A stretch of DNA of 15,495 bases, taken from Promethearchaeota archaeon. Its GTDB lineage: Archaea > Asgardarchaeota > Lokiarchaeia > Sigyniarchaeales > SOKP01. Positions 1 through 6,860 of this stretch are shown piece by piece (the first letter of the stretch is position 1; each line of letters begins with the position of its first letter). The notes beneath the pieces are model-generated. The model was not told the DNA's origin. It saw only the letters and a list, made by a program, of their open reading frames with translations, and searched no databases. The DNA is taken from the NCBI GenBank assembly GCA_008080735.1, contig SHMW01000094.1:1-15495 (forward strand), written 5' to 3'. The translations under genes were made by a program, and so were the position numbers.

Positions 1-73
1 AAAATCTTCATTTTTGCTTTTATTTTGATGAGATCTTTCATTATATTGACAATATCAGTTATTATATAAAAAA

Positions 74-1039
74 ATGTCCCTTCTAAAGTTTAAACATAAA
101 TTCGACAAGAAAGAAATAACAAAATTAACTCATAAAGACCATCAATTAATGAAAAAAAGCTATCCCTATTCTAGAAGGGGAGAACCGCATAATAATTTCT
201 TGTATGCGTTACTCTGTCTTATTTATGATGGAATACACGATCTTGCTAAAATTAAAGCAAAAATGAAGATTTTTTTCATCTCATCTACCAAACAATTAGT
301 TATCTCTGAGGAAGATATCGAAGAATATATACAAATTGCAAAAAGAGAGGGATTAATCGTAAAAAAAAATGAACATATTCTCGAATTGACTCAATCGGGA
401 AAAAAATTAACGGAGATTAGCTATATCAATAATTTGGAAGCTTCTTTCTATATGAGATATTTTTTTTCCGAAAACACTGTAATGCTGGCTTCTGCCGTCA
501 CTTTATTGGTTTTGTCTTTGCTCAAGATACTAATTGGCTTTCAATTGAATTCTCAAGCAATGAGTGCAGAAGGTTTTGAAAACTTAACAGACCTCGTGAA
601 GATTGCGATTATCGTTATTTTAGCTCTAAAATATAATAAAGAGAAACTCGCGAGTTTTATTATCATAACCTTAATGTTCTTTACAGGAGGGTCTTTGATA
701 TGGGCGGGAATTGAAGCTTTATTTTATCCCTCTGAAATAATACCTTCTGTTCAAGCGTTCCTCATTTCTTTTATATCCTTAATTCTGAATCTTGGTTTAA
801 TGTATTTAAAAGGAATGGTAGGGAAAATCTCTGGAAATTTGGCCATATTGAGCGATTCTAAAGATTCTCAATTGAATGTGATGCTTTCTGGTGGAGTGAT
901 AATAGGGTTGGTCTTTGCGATTTTTGGTTTTTATTTTGTTGATGCCTTTATTGGAATAATAATTTTTAAATTTTTTAAATTATTCGAATGCTATCAAATC
1001 ACGCTGGGTGGTTTTGATTGGAAGATTTCTCTAGATTGA
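74..1039 (+). CDS. Cation diffusion facilitator (CDF) family transporter with N-terminal winged-helix domain; probably C-terminally truncated
   Basis: CDF TM pattern: TM1 'LSLLKILIGFQLNSQAMSAEGFENLTD' (cf. K..G....S.A..ADA.H...D), TM5 'SGNLAILSDSKDS', TM6 start 'FYFVDAFIGIII'. N-terminal 'IAKREGLIVKK...LELTQSGKKL' matches a wHTH wing. No cytosolic C-terminal CDF domain. Confidence 0.8.
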   Translation: MSLLKFKHKFDKKEITKLTHKDHQLMKKSYPYSRRGEPHNNFLYALLCLIYDGIHDLAKIKAKMKIFFISSTKQLVISEEDIEEYIQIAKREGLIVKKNEHILELTQSGKKLTEISYINNLEASFYMRYFFSENTVMLASAVTLLVLSLLKILIGFQLNSQAMSAEGFENLTDLVKIAIIVILALKYNKEKLASFIIITLMFFTGGSLIWAGIEALFYPSEIIPSVQAFLISFISLILNLGLMYLKGMVGKISGNLAILSDSKDSQLNVMLSGGVIIGLVFAIFGFYFVDAFIGIIIFKFFKLFECYQITLGGFDWKISLD

Positions 1040-1147
1040 TTTATCTAAATTAGCCTAATTCCCGCAAGTGTCTGAATTATATCATTTATTGATTAAATTA
1101 ATTAGAAACTTCGATTTACTTATATTAAAAACAATCTATACTATAAA

Positions 1148-2437
1148 ATGAAAAATACAGAAAACGAGAAAACCGAAGATACGGATTCTTCAGAGACGGA
1201 TGAAGAAAAGGAAGAAGGTCAAACCCTAATTGATAAGATTCGGGGAAAAAAATCAGATAAGAAAAACCAAACACAACTCTTACAAGAAAAATTAGGCTTA
1301 GAGCCGGGATCCCTAGAGCAGATTGAACAAAAACTGTTTATGGCGCGTTTTATAGACTATTTCTCAGAAGAAACCTTTGATTTTATTTTCAGAGACAAAG
1401 AAATGGCAAAATATTTCGACCAAATTAAAGGAATTCTTGAAGGTTTTTCAACTAAATCGGAAGAAGACAAACTTATAAAACAAAGTTTTGAAAACAAGCA
1501 AATCGATCTTATTATGGAGCAATTAAAGGTAAAGGCAGAACAACGCGCACAAGAGAAAGGAATCACGAAATCAGTTGATAAACGTATGCGAAACTTGAGT
1601 ATTTATATAAGCATACCTATGTTTGTATTAGTTTTTGCATTATCACTAATCCCAGGTGTTAGTTATTTAATACTTTTTCCAATATTGTGTGTCTTTTGTA
1701 TGGTTCCAAACTTTATTAAGAGCTATCTGGTGAAAAAATGGCAAGAATTTAAGGAAGAGAATAAAATGGATTATTATTCAGCAAACAGGGAAGATATCAT
1801 GATACTTAAGGGATTTGTGGCTGATGTCTTAGAAAATATTCGTTCAAAACTCTTAGAATTGAGAGTTCCATTACAACTTATCAAATTTGTACTACACAGT
1901 AGGGATTATGAAAATCTAGATGTTATCAACCAAAAAACTCAGAGAGGCACATCTCAATATTTCCTTCAGTTTCAATATCCCGAAGGGGTAGAGCCTTATC
2001 CAATTCCAGATGCTATTGCCCAACAATATCAAGCATCTGAGAGATCACAAGAAATAAATAAAGAGGAAATACCAGAAAAAAATTTTATCGTATTTAAAAA
2101 CATCAAAGCTGAGGATGGAATTATAACAAGTTTTGTTCCAACTTTGAAAGATAATTTAGCAGATGAAATAAATGATATGCTAAATGAATGTAAATTTACT
2201 AAAGCAACGGATGACACAAGCATTATTCTTCCTAATTATAGTCCCGAAATGGCAATTTATTGCATATGTGGAGAAGTTGTCGAAATAGAAAATGTCCAGA
2301 TCTGTAATTGGAAAGAAATGTTTAAATTCTATCTATTCGAAGGTAAAGAATGCGATTGCGGAGAGAAGGTCTACGCTCTTTCTATGATGGATGAAAATCA
2401 AGAAATCCCTGAAGAATTGGAAAATATTTTTAAATAA
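1148..2437 (+). CDS. Hypothetical membrane protein (2 TM) with C-terminal CxCG/CxCG putative zinc-binding domain
   Basis: 429-aa ATG ORF with acidic N-terminus, helical region, hydrophobic hairpin at about aa 150-190, and 'YCICGE...ECDCGE' near the C-terminus. Confidence 0.8.
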   Translation: MKNTENEKTEDTDSSETDEEKEEGQTLIDKIRGKKSDKKNQTQLLQEKLGLEPGSLEQIEQKLFMARFIDYFSEETFDFIFRDKEMAKYFDQIKGILEGFSTKSEEDKLIKQSFENKQIDLIMEQLKVKAEQRAQEKGITKSVDKRMRNLSIYISIPMFVLVFALSLIPGVSYLILFPILCVFCMVPNFIKSYLVKKWQEFKEENKMDYYSANREDIMILKGFVADVLENIRSKLLELRVPLQLIKFVLHSRDYENLDVINQKTQRGTSQYFLQFQYPEGVEPYPIPDAIAQQYQASERSQEINKEEIPEKNFIVFKNIKAEDGIITSFVPTLKDNLADEINDMLNECKFTKATDDTSIILPNYSPEMAIYCICGEVVEIENVQICNWKEMFKFYLFEGKECDCGEKVYALSMMDENQEIPEELENIFK

Positions 2438-2447
2438 CTTGTTGTTT

Positions 2448-3821
2448 TTATTTACTTTTTATTTTTGAGTAATAATCATATAGAAGTCTATATCCGCGTA
2501 CAGCCCTTTCTACTTCATTTTCAAAAACAGGAATCTTTAGTTCTGAGGCACTTTCGATTACACGTTTAGCACCTTCAGTTTCTGCTTGAATTAAGGTTGC
2601 AATTATCGGTTTATTTGGGTATTCTTCTTTGATCTTTTTAAAGATGCTGAAATCAAATTCAATTTCAATAAAAAATTCGAGGGCGAGAATTAGACCATTG
2701 ACCGATTTATCTTCAAGTAGGGTTTTTGAGGATGTATTATAAATACTGCATACTTTCGTGCCAACAAATCGATCTGGGGGCCAATAATCAACTGGGTTTC
2801 CAGAAATACATGTTGATCCTCCTACTTTTTCTAATATTTTTTCACGATTTTGATTATTCAATTTTGCAAGCGATAAATTTTGCTTCCTCATTTCCTTTGC
2901 AATTATATGAATAGCTCCGCTGCTCGGTCCAATAATACCTAAATTTGGCCCTTTAGGTTCTGGACACCAAAGAAATATTTTTGCATAGTCGAATAACTCG
3001 ATATAATTCTCAACAGCAATCCCTCCTGCTTTTTTTAATTGCTCTTCCTTGTTGGTCTCCTTTCCAACATAAAAAAATAAAACGGGTTTTTTGGTTGCGC
3101 ATTTTGCCACGGCATCGATTAAATCATTAGAAATCTCTCTTAGGAATAGCAAAATGACATGCGTTTTTTTATCCTTAAAAAAATAATGAAGAATATTCGA
3201 TTCTTTTATATGAAACCCAAGACCTAAATGGATGACTTTGGAAATAGGTAAATCTTGAAAAGGCGACCACCAGCCTAGAGCTCCTGCTAAACCTCCAGAT
3301 TGCGCGATATAACTCGCACCAGCTTCGATATTTCTATTTTTCTTCATTATATGCTGGCGAACGGGAATTATTGAAGTTGTAAAGTTGTTTATGAAATTGA
3401 TTATCCCTATCATGCTTGGGCCCATATATTCTACATTATAGGTTTCAGCGATCTCATTTAATCGATTAATCCACCAAAAGTCGTGAGTTTGGGAAGGTGT
3501 TTGTTCTTCATAACTATTCTTTATTTCTGACTCAATTACAATATATTTAATACCTTTTCTCGCTAATTGCTCAAAAATTGAAAGAATATTCTTTCCTAAT
3601 ACAATTACCGCTAACTCGGGAATTTCGGGCAAGTCTTCTAAAGAATGATAAGATTTAATTCCCAATATCTCATCGGCATTAGGATTTACAATATAAATTT
3701 TCCCTCGATAAAAAATCTCTAAGAGGTTTTTCAAGATCGTATAATTGAATGTATATTCTTTCCTTGAAACACCTACAATCAAAATGCTTTCTGGGTTAAA
3801 AAAAGGTCGTAAATCAACCAA
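2448..3821 (-). CDS. ADP-forming acetate/acyl-CoA ligase alpha-subunit-like CoA-binding protein, probably catalytically inactive
   Basis: 'DLRPFFNPESILIVGVS', 'IYIVNPNADEILGIKSYHSLEDLPE', 'SYIAQSGGLA' and 'GNPVD' are hallmarks of ACD-alpha / succinyl-CoA ligase flavodoxin domains. The SHTG motif is absent. TTG start. Confidence 0.85.
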   Translation of the reverse strand: MVDLRPFFNPESILIVGVSRKEYTFNYTILKNLLEIFYRGKIYIVNPNADEILGIKSYHSLEDLPEIPELAVIVLGKNILSIFEQLARKGIKYIVIESEIKNSYEEQTPSQTHDFWWINRLNEIAETYNVEYMGPSMIGIINFINNFTTSIIPVRQHIMKKNRNIEAGASYIAQSGGLAGALGWWSPFQDLPISKVIHLGLGFHIKESNILHYFFKDKKTHVILLFLREISNDLIDAVAKCATKKPVLFFYVGKETNKEEQLKKAGGIAVENYIELFDYAKIFLWCPEPKGPNLGIIGPSSGAIHIIAKEMRKQNLSLAKLNNQNREKILEKVGGSTCISGNPVDYWPPDRFVGTKVCSIYNTSSKTLLEDKSVNGLILALEFFIEIEFDFSIFKKIKEEYPNKPIIATLIQAETEGAKRVIESASELKIPVFENEVERAVRGYRLLYDYYSKIKSK

Positions 3822-3980
3822 ATCTACATCAAATCTTTTTGATAAGTTTCTGATATATATAAAATATATTAATTGCTCTTATTGAATTTATAGACTTGTA
3901 TAGAATTCAAAAAAATAAGATATTCCGATGGTAAAATAAGATTTTTTAAAAATGAATATAGATAAATTATTGAAACGTTA

Positions 3981-4607
3981 TTAGGAAATTTCTATTTGGT
4001 GCAAACCAATCTCTCTTCGCTTATCCGCATTGTATAAAGGTAATCCCGCCCTTTTTAAGATATCTGTATCTTTGTATTTCAATAATACTATTTGACACGA
4101 GGTAGGAAGTTTATATGAGGCAACCTTCATACGCTTTTTAAGTAAGGGAAGATGGCGCATATCAACACCAACATCCATAATTACTTGTCCTGCTCGTACT
4201 CGTGCACACACTCCAGTCGCACGTCCGAAAGAATTTCTCATACCAGATTGAACTCTATCAGCTCCTGCAAAAGCCAACATTCTATTTTCTCTAAACTTTT
4301 GAAATGGTTTTGGTCGTACTCGGAGTCTGAAATTTTGTCTACCAACTTTTTTAAGGAGGGTCGCATTAACCGCCACTCTCATCGCTTCGAGTGCGTTAGA
4401 AGAGATTTGAACTTGATCCTCCACTTTGAGTCCCACCACGAGGTCGAATTCAGACCAATCTTTGAATTTATTACCACCCCAGAATCTTTGAATTTTACTC
4501 TGAGATCCTCCTCGGGCGAATTCTCTCCTGTGATTGGCAGAACGTTTATGCTGATACGGTCTTCTATTCCATTGACGGTAGCATCTCCATGGTCGCTTAT
4601 GTGCCAT
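3981..4607 (-). CDS. rpl10e: 50S ribosomal protein L10e (uL16)
   Basis: 'RPWRCYR', 'QISSNALEAMRVA', 'RENRMLAFAGADRVQSGMRNSFG', 'ARVRAGQVI' and 'ASYKLP' match the archaeal/eukaryotic L10e family. Confidence 0.97.
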   Translation of the reverse strand: MAHKRPWRCYRQWNRRPYQHKRSANHRREFARGGSQSKIQRFWGGNKFKDWSEFDLVVGLKVEDQVQISSNALEAMRVAVNATLLKKVGRQNFRLRVRPKPFQKFRENRMLAFAGADRVQSGMRNSFGRATGVCARVRAGQVIMDVGVDMRHLPLLKKRMKVASYKLPTSCQIVLLKYKDTDILKRAGLPLYNADKRREIGLHQIEIS

Positions 4608-4617
4608 TGTTATCTAT

Positions 4618-4661
4618 TCCTCAGTTGTAATTTATGATAATATATCTTATTTATAATAAAA
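4618..4661 (-). promoter_or_regulatory. Putative TATA box and SD-like site for rpl10e
   Basis: Minus strand TTTTATTATAAATA (4648-4661) and TGAGGA (4618-4623) about 10 nt before the ATG. Confidence 0.45.
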
Positions 4662-4824
4662 GTCAATTAGATAATAATTTTATTGTAATTAGTTCTATGA
4701 TTCCTAAAAATTAAATCTTTAGTTTTTTGGATCAAAAAAATAGCCCTTCTATTCGAAATTAATAATTTGAGAGAATAATTACCTTTTATAATCAATCTAA
4801 GAAAATAATTTGCTAGAAAAGTAT

Positions 4825-4848
4825 AGCTTAATAAATTAAGCTTATATA
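4825..4848 (+). promoter_or_regulatory. Palindromic operator-like site overlapping a putative TATA box
   Basis: AGCTTAAT-aa-ATTAAGCT (4825-4842, perfect 8-bp arms) overlaps CTTATATA (4841-4848) upstream of the OB-fold gene. Confidence 0.4.
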
Positions 4849-4908
4849 GATATTATGGATCGTTTAAAATAAGGAGAAATATAAAGTCTAATATTATTGG
4901 AGTTATTA

Positions 4909-5208
4909 ATGTCAAGGAAGGGAAAAAAAACCATAGAAGGAAAAATAGTGGAAGTGCGAGATGGATCAAGGCGAATAAGTCGAACCTATACATATGGGTA
5001 TCGATCACTTCGCATTATTTCTGGGAATGAATATTATTCAGTTTTAGTTAATACGAATAAATTTAACAAATATGGATTTATCCCGAAAGTCGGGCAGTGT
5101 ATCAGAGTGACGGGAAGAGTTTCGGAAAATGAAAATGAATTTTATGAAGCTTCAATCTCATGGGTTTCTCAATTAGAGCATATAGAGTGTCCAAAAAAAG
5201 GAAAATAG
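4909..5208 (+). CDS. Small stand-alone OB-fold nucleic-acid-binding protein
   Basis: OB-fold strand pattern 'TIEGKIVEV...SLRIISGNEYYSVLV...PKVGQCIRVTGRVSE'. ATG at 4909 is preceded by GGAG (4899-4902) and is preferred over the TTG at 4897. Confidence 0.7.
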   Translation: MSRKGKKTIEGKIVEVRDGSRRISRTYTYGYRSLRIISGNEYYSVLVNTNKFNKYGFIPKVGQCIRVTGRVSENENEFYEASISWVSQLEHIECPKKGK

Positions 5209-5516
5209 AGATGTTATTATTTGTTAAGCAAGAAAAAGTTGAATACACAAAGTACTTATTTAACCTCTGCTCGAATTTTCAGAGAATCCTATGGGATTCC
5301 TATAGAAAAAGTAAAAATTTGTAATTACTATGTTCTTAAGAATTACTTCATATACTGGATCACTAACCTTTTATTCACAAAAATTCATTTTTCTTTATAC
5401 ATAAAACATCTATTTATTCAATAACCTAATATTTTTAGCAATAGCATTTTTTTATAATCCTTAATATCTATGTAATAGTTCAATTAAGAAAATTCATCTC
5501 ATTTTCTCACATTTTA

Positions 5517-6668
5517 ATGACTAACATTATCTCAAATCTCAAGCAAAAAACGGAATTACTCTGTAAGGGACTCTACTTAGATAAGAATCTCATCGATCAT
5601 TACAAGAAACAAGGAATCGACCTTGATTTCGGCAGAAAAGGAGGAGCAGGACCATTAGGCGGACGTTATTTCTTATTAGAAGATAAATCCACTTTAGTAA
5701 ATGTGGCTTTATGGGATAATCCAGAAAGATCAAATCTTACCTTAAGTAGGAAAAAAGGGGATTTTTTCACGGTAGAAAATCGAACAACTAGTCAAGAGTA
5801 TGCTTCAATAAAATTAATCGACCATCCTAAATATTACTCGCCGCAATATAAAACTTCTGATGGGATTCCTATGAAGAAAATAGCTCTGGTGCACGGATTA
5901 GATTGTCTCGCCACCACGGTCTATCAAAAATGTAGATATTGGGCTTGTGGAGAAGCGTGTAAATTCTGTGGGATTGAGCTAAGTCTCACTTATGATACTA
6001 CTATAATAGAGAAATCAGCAAAACAAATCGCTGAAGTAATAACTGTGGCAAAAAGAGAAGGGAGATGTTCTCATATGACATTAACGAGTGGCACGGAAGA
6101 ATCTGAAGATAAAGGTGCGATAAGATATATGAATATCTTAAAAGGATTGAAAAAAAGGCATCCCAATATACCATTACATATTCAAATTGAACCCTTAAAA
6201 AATCTCGAATATTTAGAACAACTTAAAGAGGCAGGAGCTGATACTATTGGTATTCATATTGAACTATTAGATGAACAATTAAGAACACAAATCACCCCTG
6301 GAAAAGCAGAAATTCCATATGAAGATTTTGTGAAAAGTTGGAGAAAAGCAATAAAAATATTTGGAAATAATCAAGTTGAAAGCTTCATATTAACCGGCTT
6401 TGGGCAACCATATGAAACATTTATGGATAAAATAGATGAGGTGATCAAAATTGGGGTGATCCCATTCATTACACCTGTACGGGCTATACCTTCCAAAGAA
6501 AAAAAGACACCTCCCACAGATTATCAAAAATTACACAAGATTTATCAGAATGTCGCGCATTTAATGTTAAAATATAATATGAATCCTTTGGAAAATAAAG
6601 CGGGATGTGTGCGCTGTGGAGGTTGTTCTGCGATAACCGATTATTATAAATTTCAGAGTAAGGTGTAA
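5517..6668 (+). CDS. Radical SAM protein, MSMEG_0568 family (Nit1C-cluster type)
   Basis: 'GRKGGAGP', 'KIALVHGLDCLATTVYQKCRYWACGEACKFCGIELSL', 'HMTLTSGT...DKGA', 'ITPGKA' and C-terminal 'KAGCVRCGGCS' match the family as I recall it. Confidence 0.85.
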   Translation: MTNIISNLKQKTELLCKGLYLDKNLIDHYKKQGIDLDFGRKGGAGPLGGRYFLLEDKSTLVNVALWDNPERSNLTLSRKKGDFFTVENRTTSQEYASIKLIDHPKYYSPQYKTSDGIPMKKIALVHGLDCLATTVYQKCRYWACGEACKFCGIELSLTYDTTIIEKSAKQIAEVITVAKREGRCSHMTLTSGTEESEDKGAIRYMNILKGLKKRHPNIPLHIQIEPLKNLEYLEQLKEAGADTIGIHIELLDEQLRTQITPGKAEIPYEDFVKSWRKAIKIFGNNQVESFILTGFGQPYETFMDKIDEVIKIGVIPFITPVRAIPSKEKKTPPTDYQKLHKIYQNVAHLMLKYNMNPLENKAGCVRCGGCSAITDYYKFQSKV

Positions 6669-6706
6669 AATCTTTTTTTTAAAAACATTTTAATAAAAGG
6701 AGATTT
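6668..6706 (+). terminator. Putative oligo-T terminator after radical SAM gene
   Basis: TCTTTTTTTT immediately after the stop, with a weak hairpin AAATCTTTTTT...AAAAGGAGATTT. Confidence 0.35.
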
Positions 6707-6860
6707 GAGATAACTCATTTCTTATAACATAACACCGATAGAGAAAAATTAAAAGCCTTTTTTATTCCATTCTGTCGCAAAAAATTTAATAATTTGCTAA
6801 ATGTTATCTAAAACATAGTATTGTATTTTATAAATCTCTAAATTTAACTTTAGAATTATC

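Noticed and set aside
1357-2223. Minus-strand ORFs 1357-1566 and 2029-2223
   Set aside because: Antisense shadows inside the 429-aa gene, with the S/F/I-rich composition typical of reverse-complemented E/K codons.
2726-4637. Plus-strand ORFs 2726-2914 and 4152-4637
   Set aside because: Antisense to the ACD-like gene and rpl10e; no motifs.
5221-5424. 67-aa TTG-start ORF
   Set aside because: No RBS or motif and AT-rich intergenic-like composition; probably spurious.
5291-5872. 13-bp direct repeat ATGGGATTCCTAT at 5291 and 5860
   Set aside because: Two copies only, one inside a coding region, with no flanking similarity; compatible with chance.
6669-6860. Cobalamin riboswitch upstream of the mutase
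   Set aside because: The region is very AT-rich, with no B12-box or GGGAA core elements visible.
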